44,122 nucleotides of DNA from Promethearchaeota archaeon (lineage in GTDB: Archaea > Asgardarchaeota > Lokiarchaeia > Sigyniarchaeales > SOKP01), in NCBI GenBank assembly GCA_016926735.1, contig JAFGOA010000031.1:1-44122 (forward strand), written 5' to 3'. A program made the position numbers and the translations under genes. Below the pieces are notes generated by a model. It saw only the letters and a program-made list of their open reading frames with translations. It had not been told where the DNA came from and ran no database searches. Numbering within the stretch: position 1 is the first letter of the stretch; each line of letters starts with the position of its first letter. Positions 1 through 8,973 of this stretch are shown here, in pieces.

Positions 1-106
1 ATTGAATACATGAATTAACCCATTTGCATGAGATATTAAAATAAAATAGTCATTGAGATGATACAAGCGTTTAAATACAGTCCAGATGTGTCAAGAAATC
101 CCTCAA

Positions 107-319
107 CTATGAATTTACACTAAAAGTCTTATTTTTTTTTATTCCTTCATTCGTATAATGACTTTTAGCTGCCGATATTGAGATCATCGGAGGATTATTT
201 TCACATATTCCACACCATGCAATGGTCATAAAATTAGCTTTTTCTTGAATTTTTGACCCTATAATGACTACAGGCATAGGATATAAATAAGTATTAGGTT
301 TAATTTCAATTTTAGACAT
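107..319 (-). pseudogene. Flavin reductase/flavoredoxin family protein, 3'-truncated
   Basis: N-terminus LYPMPVVIIG...NFMTIAW...PPMISIS...HYTNEGIKKNKTFSVN is typical of the family (about 190 aa), but it stops at TAG after 70 aa. No downstream frame resumes the expected sequence. Confidence 0.7.
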
Positions 320-514
320 TAAAATTACTAAGGGATTTTAAAAAATAAATTTATTAATAATTATAAAAGATTAAATGTAATTTTATATCATAATTTAATT
401 TTAGAAAATAAATTATTCTATGAAAAAAGAAATACTACAAAGATTTTTAACAAGATTTTTTCTTTATTTATTCATCTGTAATTTATCTTATTTTTAAAAA
501 GGATTTTATAAAAA

Positions 515-625
515 ATGACACAATGGAAATGTGATAAATGTGGTACTGAATTTAAATTGGAAGATATCCCAGAAGAATGTCCTAATTGTAAAGCAAATGA
601 TGGAACATTTACCTTAATTGAATAA
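515..625 (+). CDS. Rubredoxin-like/Zn-ribbon microprotein, 36 aa (not in ORF track)
   Basis: Manual translation MTQWKCDKCGTEFKLEDIPEECPNCKANDGTFTLIE*: WxCxxCG...PxxCPxC pattern, with AAGGA upstream. Confidence 0.85.
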   Translation: MTQWKCDKCGTEFKLEDIPEECPNCKANDGTFTLIE

Positions 626-776
626 ATATCAATAATAAATAACCTTTTTATACTCAAAATTTTCATTTAAAAATAATTAAATTAAGTAATGGTACTAAAT
701 TGATTCTTAAGAAATATATTTAACATAATTACTATATTTTTAAAATTTCTTTAATTCAAAAATTAGACTATGTATT

Positions 777-1388
777 TTATTTGGAAGTCAAATCTATATC
801 TCTGATTTTTGCACCACAATTCTCACATAAAATTTGATCATCATCTTTTAATAGATGTCCACATTTTTCACATCTTTCCATATTAAAAGATTGATATAAT
901 TGATTTTTATTATAATCTGTAATATCTTTATAAGAAAATAATATTTCCTCCAATTTTTTAATCATTTCTTCAATCCATAATAAGAATATGTATTTTTCTG
1001 TTTTTTCAACCGTTTTAAAGGATTTATATCTTACTTCTTTAACATTAGGAATCTCAATGAATTTTTCATTTCCAATTGATACAAAATTGTTATAAAATAA
1101 CATTCCATCATAAATTAGTTTTTTAATAGCATGATTTTTTTCTACTTCATAAGCCAAATCAAATCCAGTTGCTCCATTTTTAATCATTTCTAATAAATGC
1201 TTGAAAAATTTCAAATCATTCTTATAATTATTAAGAATTTTAATAAAATCATCCTTATTATATTGTTTTTTTATTATTATAAGTTGCTCTTCGGGTAATA
1301 GATAATCTCTTTCTTTAACAGAACCTATTTTTATTTTTTCAGATAATTTATTATATTGCGTTGATAATCTTGTTTGTTTTTTATCCAA
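777..1388 (-). CDS. Hypothetical protein with C-terminal Zn ribbon; paralogue of 1381-1833
   Basis: CEKC...CENCG at C-terminus; shares the ATGxDxAYExE...LIxDG..FYN core with its neighbour. Confidence 0.8.
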   Translation of the reverse strand: MDKKQTRLSTQYNKLSEKIKIGSVKERDYLLPEEQLIIIKKQYNKDDFIKILNNYKNDLKFFKHLLEMIKNGATGFDLAYEVEKNHAIKKLIYDGMLFYNNFVSIGNEKFIEIPNVKEVRYKSFKTVEKTEKYIFLLWIEEMIKKLEEILFSYKDITDYNKNQLYQSFNMERCEKCGHLLKDDDQILCENCGAKIRDIDLTSK

Positions 1389-1833
1389 TTATTTCACCAC
1401 ATTCCTCACATACTTTCTGATTTTTATTTTTTACTCTTGCTCCACATTTTTCACAATAAATATCTTGACTCTTCCATTTTTTTCTTGATTCTTTATACAT
1501 TTCATATTCCTTTTTGATTTTAATTGGATTTTCAAATTTTTCAATAATATTGTTTGCCCAATTCATAAATTGTTTTTTATGACTATCTCCCATAGTTTTA
1601 AAGGTTTTATAATTCTGTTTTTCTTCATTAGGGATATTTTTCACACTTTTATCGCCAATATTCAAAAAAATATTATAAAATACTATTCCATCAGAAATTA
1701 AATCATTTTTAAATCCATTATCTTCAATTTCATAAGCAATATCATAACCTGTGGCATCTTGCTCGATCATAAGCAAAATTCGTTTTAAAAATTTAATCAA
1801 AATTTCGTTATTTTGATCGATTATTGTAATCAC
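1381..1833 (-). CDS. Hypothetical protein with C-terminal Zn ribbon; paralogue of 777-1388
   Basis: CEKCG...CEECG; 8-bp overlap with the downstream paralogue; start codon uncertain (GTG). Confidence 0.8.
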   Translation of the reverse strand: MITIIDQNNEILIKFLKRILLMIEQDATGYDIAYEIEDNGFKNDLISDGIVFYNIFLNIGDKSVKNIPNEEKQNYKTFKTMGDSHKKQFMNWANNIIEKFENPIKIKKEYEMYKESRKKWKSQDIYCEKCGARVKNKNQKVCEECGEIIG

Positions 1834-1993
1834 CTCAAAGGAAGTATAAATTCAAAAATCTTTGATGTAAATAGTATTCCTATCTTATATAAATATATTT
1901 TATAAAAAAAATTATTCTCTTTCTATAATTAAGTACGATTCTATTACAATTAAATCCAAAAGATTAAATAAAAAAAGAAAATAATAACAAAAA

Positions 1994-2323
1994 TGACAAC
2001 TGAGATCCATACCCGCCTTTTTGTACTATTCTCGTCACCAAGAAATAGCTGAGGCATCTAACTAAGCGGCCTACCTAAAGCTCGCTCCAAGTACTCATCA
2101 CTTTCATTTGGCCTTGCACCAAGGATTTAGTTCGTTTCAACCATTCCCTTAAGCTATTTCTTTGGCTTATCTCCAAATCATTAATATAGGCTAAAGGGCA
2201 GTGTCGTTTCTATTACTAAATATACGATTTTCATCGTAGTGAGAAGACTCACACCTTGCTTGGAGTGTGAGGCGAGGTTCCTCAGCTGGAAATCCAACCG
2301 TCAGCCTCGGATCTCATTTGTCA
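1994..2323 (-). ncRNA. rnpB: RNase P RNA, archaeal type A
   Basis: Minus strand: terminal P1 helix UGACAA-UGAGAUCC/GGAUCUCA-UUGUCA; GAGGAACCUCGCC pairs with ACAAAAAGGCGGGU (P4, bulged U); conserved AUAGAAAC, UUGAAAC, GUGCAAG and AGAUG motifs; P6 CUCCAAG/CUUGGAG. The region is GC-rich against an AT-rich background. Confidence 0.93.
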
Positions 2324-2440
2324 AATAAGAACTAGTATTTATAAATTTATAATTTTTATTATTTTTTTCAGCAAATCCATGATAAGATCAAATATTAATA
2401 AGTAAAAATTGATTTTCTTAGAAAAAACTCCAGATGAACC

Positions 2441-2899
2441 CTAGGGCATTTCAACTTTCATTCTTGTTTTATAATTAATTAACATCTTATCATATTCTTT
2501 AGAAAATAATGGAGAAGATATCAAAAAGTCTGCTGTAGATCTATTACATGCTACTGGTATATTATATACAACACCAATTCTAAGTAATGCACGAACATCT
2601 ACATCATGAGGTTGAGCTTCTAAAGGATCCCAAAAAAATATCATACAATCTATTTCACCCAAGGATATTTTCGATCCAATTTGTTGATCTCCCCCTAATG
2701 GTCCAGATTGCATTCTAATAATGTTTAATCCTAAATATTCTTTTAAGATTTTTCCTGTTGTACCTGTAGCATATAATTCGTGATTAATAAGTGTTCCTTT
2801 ATTATATCGAGCCCAGTCCAATAAATCTCCTTTTCTATTATCATGGGCAATTAAAGCTATTCTCTTCTTTTTTCCCATTGTTTCAAATTTTTCTGACAT
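2441..2899 (-). CDS. mgsA: Methylglyoxal synthase
   Basis: ALIAHD, ATGTTG, SGPLGGDQQIG and FFWDPL..PHDVDV signature motifs. Confidence 0.95.
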   Translation of the reverse strand: MSEKFETMGKKKRIALIAHDNRKGDLLDWARYNKGTLINHELYATGTTGKILKEYLGLNIIRMQSGPLGGDQQIGSKISLGEIDCMIFFWDPLEAQPHDVDVRALLRIGVVYNIPVACNRSTADFLISSPLFSKEYDKMLINYKTRMKVEMP

Positions 2900-3097
2900 T
2901 ATTATCTATTAATTTAAATGATTTATTACAAATGAATTTTATTATTATAAACATCTAAATAATAAAAGAATGTTATTTATATCCTATTAAATAATCTATT
3001 CTCTATTTGTTAGTATATTTATCTATAATATCTCTATTGTTATAATTAATAAAAATAGAGAAAAATAAAAAAAAAGAAAGTTTAAAAATTTTAATTC

Positions 3098-5215
3098 TTA
3101 TATTAGAAAATTTATCAAACCAGCACCATTGCCAATTAAAATAAATAGTCCGATAAGTAATGTAGCTGTAAGAGACATAACAACTAATAATGTATTAATA
3201 CTTGGACCGGATGTATCTTTAAAAGGGTCTCCAACAGTATCTCCTGTAATTGCTGCTTTATGAGTCTCTGTGCCTTTGCCACCTAAATTACCATCCTCTA
3301 TAAATTTCTTGGCATTATCCCACGCACCTCCACTATTACTCATAAAAATAGCAAAGACAAAACCAGATAATATTGCTCCTGCTAGAAAAGCTCCTAAGGA
3401 AGCAACTCCAAATAGAATACCTATGATAATAGGAAATCCTATTGATAACATGCTCGGAAGAAGTAGTTCTTTTATTGATCCCTTAGTAGCGATATCAATA
3501 CATTTATTGAAATCAGCAGCTTCTTCACCACTTAGAATTTTTGGATTTTCTTCAAATTGTCGTCTAATTTCCAAGACCATTTTACCTGCATTTCTCTGAA
3601 CAGCTAAAACTAAGAGAGCTGAAAAAATCGCAGGAGTAACAACTCCAAGAAATGCTCCAATTAAAACACCAGGATCTAAAAGATTAATTGTAGCAAATAA
3701 TGCACCAGCATCTTCTGCTTCTTGTCTGTAAGAAAATAATAACGCTAAGACTGTTAAATTAGCAGCTCCAATTGCAAATCCTTTTGTAATTGCTTTTGCT
3801 GTATTTCCTGCGGAATCTAATCTATCTGCGGTTCTTATTACATCTTCTCCTAGATCTCCTTGTTCTGCTATTCCTCTAGCATTATCACAAATTGGACCAT
3901 ATGCATCATTAGATACGATTGTTGCTACTATTGATAACATGCCTACTGCTGCAATAGCAATTCCAAAAATACCACTGCCATCTATAGCCATTTCGGCAAT
4001 AAGATACGATCCTGCCATAGCAGCTACAATACCTATTGCTGGAGGAAAAACACTTAAAAGACCATAGCTAAAACCACTTAATATTGTTACTGCATGTCCT
4101 TCTTGTGCTGCATTTGCTATATTTCTGGTTGGTGTTTTATCTTCTCTTGTAAAATAATCACTTGTCCATCCAATAATAACACCTGATAAGATACCTAAAG
4201 TAGCACATAACCATAATGCCCAAGCAAACATTATTTCTTCACTATTTGCCAAAAATAAGGTAACTATACCAATACAAACTGCTGCTAAACCTATAAAAAG
4301 AACAGTTGCTAAATAAGTACCACCATTTAGTAATTTACTAAGAACATCAGTCTTCCATACTTTAATTATATATATTCCAATAATTGAAGCAAATAATCCA
4401 AAAGAACAAATCAAGATAGGAAGAATTGCAAATATAGTATTAGATACTAATGATGATAAACCTCCTGTTAGAAGCATAGCAGCTACTATTGAAGCAACAT
4501 AACTATCAAATAAGTCACTGCCCATACCAGCAATATCACCTACATTATCTCCAACATTATCGGCAATAGAAGCTGGATTTCTGGGATCATCTTCAGGAAG
4601 ATTATATTCGGCTTTTCCGACTAAATCAGCTCCTACATCAGCAGTTTTAGTATAAATACCTCCACCACATTTGGCAAATAAAGCAACACTACTAGCGCCA
4701 AAACTAAAACCTAAAACAACAGTAGCGGGATCTTCAACTATATCAGTTGCTCCAGCAATCCAGTATATTGTGGATACGCCTATTAAAGCTACACCAACAA
4801 CTGCCAATCCCATAACGCATCCTCCAAAAAAAGATACGACAAATCCGGGTTTTATTCCTTTTGTACAAGCTTGAGCTGCCCTTGTATTGGCTTTTACTCC
4901 TACAATCATACCTAACCATCCAGCCCACATAGAACCTGCTGATCCTATTAAATATGCTATCATGTGAGCCCAACTATATTCACCAGGTTTTATAGCAAAT
5001 AATAAAACGAGTGAAAGAATTGCTACAAAAATTATTAGGATTTTATATTGTACAGAAATAAAAGTTTTAGCACCACTTTCGATATAACCAGAGACTTCTT
5101 GCATTTTTTCATTTCCTGCATCTTGTTTCATAACATTTTTAGCAAAAACAAGTGCTAAAAGAATAGCAAGAATACCCGAAGCTAATGAAATTATAATTAA
5201 TAAAGGTATTTCCAT
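3098..5215 (-). CDS. hppA: Membrane-bound pyrophosphatase, probably K+-independent H+-pumping
   Basis: GGGIYTKTADVGADLVGK, EDDPRN, DNVGDNVGD, GGAWDNAKK and GDTVGDPFKDTSGP motifs; Lys in GNTAKA. Confidence 0.95.
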   Translation of the reverse strand: MEIPLLIIISLASGILAILLALVFAKNVMKQDAGNEKMQEVSGYIESGAKTFISVQYKILIIFVAILSLVLLFAIKPGEYSWAHMIAYLIGSAGSMWAGWLGMIVGVKANTRAAQACTKGIKPGFVVSFFGGCVMGLAVVGVALIGVSTIYWIAGATDIVEDPATVVLGFSFGASSVALFAKCGGGIYTKTADVGADLVGKAEYNLPEDDPRNPASIADNVGDNVGDIAGMGSDLFDSYVASIVAAMLLTGGLSSLVSNTIFAILPILICSFGLFASIIGIYIIKVWKTDVLSKLLNGGTYLATVLFIGLAAVCIGIVTLFLANSEEIMFAWALWLCATLGILSGVIIGWTSDYFTREDKTPTRNIANAAQEGHAVTILSGFSYGLLSVFPPAIGIVAAMAGSYLIAEMAIDGSGIFGIAIAAVGMLSIVATIVSNDAYGPICDNARGIAEQGDLGEDVIRTADRLDSAGNTAKAITKGFAIGAANLTVLALLFSYRQEAEDAGALFATINLLDPGVLIGAFLGVVTPAIFSALLVLAVQRNAGKMVLEIRRQFEENPKILSGEEAADFNKCIDIATKGSIKELLLPSMLSIGFPIIIGILFGVASLGAFLAGAILSGFVFAIFMSNSGGAWDNAKKFIEDGNLGGKGTETHKAAITGDTVGDPFKDTSGPSINTLLVVMSLTATLLIGLFILIGNGAGLINFLI

Positions 5216-5454
5216 TTTTTTTTCACTTTATAATTTATTTCTATATTTAATTTTCTAAAATACTACTTTTTATATCTATATTAAATTCTATTGATACAAA
5301 ATAGATTAATTATGAAAAATAATTACTCAAAACTTATAAAGTGAATGAAGAAAAATAAGCTATAAAAAAAAGATATGATTTATAAAGATATAATAATGAT
5401 TGATGGATAAATTAACTTTTCTATTTCATAAAAAATAAAAATTTTGGTAAAAAT

Positions 5455-6516
5455 CTATAAATATTCAAATAAAATAAGATTTTTTCTAATCCAAGATGTT
5501 GTTTTTTCTAAACCTTCTCTTATATTAACTATGGGATACCAATTAAGCGTCTTATTTGCTTTTCTTATGTCAGAAATATAAAATAATTGATCACCTTCTC
5601 TCCATTCTTTAAATTCATACGATATTTCATAATTTAATATCCCTTGTAATTCATTGATTAGTTCTAATATTGATATTGTACTGTCATATCCTCCGCCTAT
5701 ACAAAAAACTTCATTTTTAACGTCTTTTTCTATTAGTAAATCAAATAAATTTATTAAATCTGATATATAAAGAATATCTCTTACTTGCTTTCCATCTCCA
5801 AAAATTTTTATTTTCAATTTTTTTATTGCTGAAGCAATCATAAAACCTAACCATCCTTGATCTTCAGTTACCATTTGCCTTGGTCCATATATACAAGATA
5901 AACGACATATATTTGTATCTAAACCATAAGAAGATCCATACTCCTGAAAATAAAGATCAGATGAGAGCTTTGAAACACCGTATGGGGTATGCTTACATAA
6001 ATCTATTCGATATTCCTCATTAATACCCCTAAAATCTTTATCTTTTATTTGATATCTTAATTCAATCTCGTCTAATTCTATTTGGTTAACATTGTCTCCA
6101 TATATTTTATTAGTTGAACATAAAATTAATTTTGGATTTAATTCAGAAAGTCTTACTGCTTCAAGTAAATTTATTGTAGAGATTACATTATTTTTAAAAT
6201 CTCTATAGGGATTAACAAGTGAGTTGGTTACTGCTGTTTGTCCAGCAGTATGAAAGATAATGTCATATTGATTTGTTTTTATTAATTTGTTTAAATATTC
6301 GAAATTATTTAGATTTTCTACAAAAAAATCGATGTTATTAAATTTCCTAAGATATTCATAATTATAATTAATAATATTACAATCTTTGGAATTAAGTAAT
6401 TTGTATCTTGAAAAATTGTCGATTATATGAATGTGGGAGATCTTCTTTTTTTTTGCATAATATTCCGCGATATTTGAACCAATGAATCCTCCTCCACCTG
6501 TAATTAATATCTTCAT
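5455..6516 (-). CDS. NDP-sugar epimerase/dehydratase (extended SDR, CDP-paratose 2-epimerase-like)
   Basis: TGGGGFIG, STNKIYG, YGVSK, SCIYGPRQ..EDQGW and GDGKQVRD motifs. Confidence 0.85.
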   Translation of the reverse strand: MKILITGGGGFIGSNIAEYYAKKKKISHIHIIDNFSRYKLLNSKDCNIINYNYEYLRKFNNIDFFVENLNNFEYLNKLIKTNQYDIIFHTAGQTAVTNSLVNPYRDFKNNVISTINLLEAVRLSELNPKLILCSTNKIYGDNVNQIELDEIELRYQIKDKDFRGINEEYRIDLCKHTPYGVSKLSSDLYFQEYGSSYGLDTNICRLSCIYGPRQMVTEDQGWLGFMIASAIKKLKIKIFGDGKQVRDILYISDLINLFDLLIEKDVKNEVFCIGGGYDSTISILELINELQGILNYEISYEFKEWREGDQLFYISDIRKANKTLNWYPIVNIREGLEKTTSWIRKNLILFEYL

Positions 6517-6590
6517 TCTGATCTAAATTCTTTAGGATTTTTTTTTATTGAATATTTCTTAATTTTATTAGACAAATAGATTTAGTTATT

Positions 6591-7898
6591 TTAGTCTAAT
6601 AAATCCAAATCAATATCGAGAGGTATTTTATAGATTGATTCTTCTGATTCATCTTTCAATTCTTCATATAATTCTAAGAATTCTTTATTGAATGATATAG
6701 GGGTTTTTAGTATATCTTCTTTTATTGATTGAAATTCATTATTATCTGTAATAATGTTTTTTATTTTAGTCTCAAGCAAACCCAATTCTTTTTTCGTTGT
6801 ATGTGATAGATAAATTGGACTATTTTTACTTTTTATAAATCTGGTTGAATAATTAGAAAAATGTTTTTTTACAAGTAAATAAGCAGACTTATAATCATTT
6901 TTATCTATACACGATATTTTCAAATTTCTTTTAAATAAACTCTCAAAATCATGAGTAAAATTTATTAATGATTCTCGTAAGGATTTAGAGGACTTAGATG
7001 CTACAATTGCTACGGTAACATAATCAGATTCATTTAAATTTAAGATTCCTTCTTCAAGAGTTATATTCAGAACACCTCCTATATTCATAATCTCTTCACT
7101 CATCATTTGAACTGCATTAAGAAAACCTGTAAAAATATTTTCTCTGATATTATAATCTGACCAGTTAAAATCATATAACGGATTACCATTCCTATCTTTT
7201 ACAATTATTCTATATATTTGAATAGGTAATATAGAGAGGATTCTTGGATCTTTAGTTAGTGCAACTATCATGAGACATAAACCTATAGTTAATGAAATAT
7301 TCGCTATCACTATGAATATAGCTTCAAAGAGATATAATGTTAGAAAAACAACTGCCCCTATTGTAAAAATAACATGTCCCGATAAAAAGATAATAGATTC
7401 CCTTTTCGTAGAATATGGTGAATCTCTCCATGTCCTAATACCCCATAATAATAAATAAAGAGGATTTATAAAATTGAAAATTCCTGTTATAATTAAAAAA
7501 GCTCCACTCCATCTGTAAATATTATTATTGATATCAAAATAAACAGAATTGGGCTGAAATCCTAAATAGGTGAGCACACTTCCTAAAGCTATAATAGCCA
7601 ACAAACTATTTGAAAAATACGAGTCTTTTAATGAGTAATTAATTGCAATAATCATAAAAAATACACATGGGAACATCAACATCCCTGTCAATCGTGAGAA
7701 GATCTCATTATTAAAAATTATTGATAATGAATTTGATATATTGAATAAGCCAAAACATAAGACTGCTACCTGAATAAAAAATAAAGACATAATTTTATTC
7801 TGCTTTTTTGTTGTTGATTCTATAAATATTACCACTATTATCGACATAATTGCTAATATCATTTCAGTTATTATTTCTAACAAATTAAACAGTTCCAA
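6591..7898 (-). CDS. 7TM membrane protein with C-terminal longin-like domain
   Basis: Seven hydrophobic segments in about aa 1-215, then IYRIIVKDRNGNPLY...FTGFLNAVQMMSEEI...F..F..F, a pattern I read as Asgard longin-like. Confidence 0.65.
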   Translation of the reverse strand: MELFNLLEIITEMILAIMSIIVVIFIESTTKKQNKIMSLFFIQVAVLCFGLFNISNSLSIIFNNEIFSRLTGMLMFPCVFFMIIAINYSLKDSYFSNSLLAIIALGSVLTYLGFQPNSVYFDINNNIYRWSGAFLIITGIFNFINPLYLLLWGIRTWRDSPYSTKRESIIFLSGHVIFTIGAVVFLTLYLFEAIFIVIANISLTIGLCLMIVALTKDPRILSILPIQIYRIIVKDRNGNPLYDFNWSDYNIRENIFTGFLNAVQMMSEEIMNIGGVLNITLEEGILNLNESDYVTVAIVASKSSKSLRESLINFTHDFESLFKRNLKISCIDKNDYKSAYLLVKKHFSNYSTRFIKSKNSPIYLSHTTKKELGLLETKIKNIITDNNEFQSIKEDILKTPISFNKEFLELYEELKDESEESIYKIPLDIDLDLLD

Positions 7899-7930
7899 AT
7901 ATTTCTCATCTCATTTTATTTATTTTTAGC

Positions 7931-8650
7931 TTAATATTTAATTTTATTAGTATCTTTTTTGATTTTATAACTACTATTATATACTCTTTTTATTTTCTGA
8001 ATAATACATAATTCTTTTTCAGAATTATTATATGATTTAATTATGTTATTCTCAGTTAAAACTTTCAATCGATAATATACATTTTGACGTTTTTCATTAA
8101 TGATTTTATAAATTTCTGCTCTATTTATTTTTTCAATAGACATCATCAAGGAAATAATTTTTTTATTTATTTTATCTTTTAAAAAGTAATTTAGTCTTCC
8201 ATAATCCTCATCTATATGAAATGGAATAAAAATTGTAGAATTTCCAATCTTTATTTTTTTTATTAATTCAAATTTTATAAGCATTCCAATATGCCATATA
8301 AGTTGACCACTACTTCCTGATTGTTTTTCATATACTATTTTTTTCAATAATGAAAAATTAATACCATTATTTTTTTTTATAAGATTGTAAATTTTACGTC
8401 TGAATTGGTTATAAAGAACCGTTTTTTTTGTATATTTCGATCCTTCAATTAAGACTTTTTTATTTATTAGGAACTCTATCTTTTCTATTATTTCTTTTCT
8501 TGGACGTTTTAGAATTCTTTTTGCGGTAGTTTCAAGAATTTTGATATTTAGATATTCTTTTTTTACAAGAATATCTTCTGCGATTTGTATTATTTTTTGA
8601 ATATCTAGGTTATCAAGATCAAGAGTTTGATTATTATATTGTTCTATCAT
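7931..8650 (-). CDS. Multi-winged-helix transcriptional regulator (ArsR/MarR-like)
   Basis: RRKIYNLIKKNNGINFS...GQLIWHIGML and RQNVYYRLKVL tandem wHTH motifs. Confidence 0.75.
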   Translation of the reverse strand: MIEQYNNQTLDLDNLDIQKIIQIAEDILVKKEYLNIKILETTAKRILKRPRKEIIEKIEFLINKKVLIEGSKYTKKTVLYNQFRRKIYNLIKKNNGINFSLLKKIVYEKQSGSSGQLIWHIGMLIKFELIKKIKIGNSTIFIPFHIDEDYGRLNYFLKDKINKKIISLMMSIEKINRAEIYKIINEKRQNVYYRLKVLTENNIIKSYNNSEKELCIIQKIKRVYNSSYKIKKDTNKIKY

Positions 8651-8973
8651 AGATATTCCTAATCACAAAAATTATCTTCTTTCCATTAAAACAATTTTAT
8701 CAATTATGATAAAATATAATTTAGATTTTTTAGAGTAATAATATAATATTATCAATGTATTTAATGCTAATATGAAAAATTATAAAATATTTCTCCTTTT
8801 CGATTTATAAATCAAATATTTAAATATATCTACTTTGATTTTTGTATCTTAATGTCTTATTTTATTTTTTTTAAATATTAATGTTAACTTTTATTAAAAT
8901 TAATTCATATTATTGATTATATTTGATTAGCGTATATGATTTAAAAATATCTGTTTGAGAATATCTGAGTCAA

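Noticed and set aside
3-44. Plus-strand IHELTHLHEILK (HExxH-like)
   Set aside because: Preceded by an in-frame TGA at 3-5 and too short to support; could be rechecked with flanking sequence.
472-666. 64-aa minus-strand ORF in the track
   Set aside because: Antisense shadow of the more convincing 515-625 CxxC microprotein.
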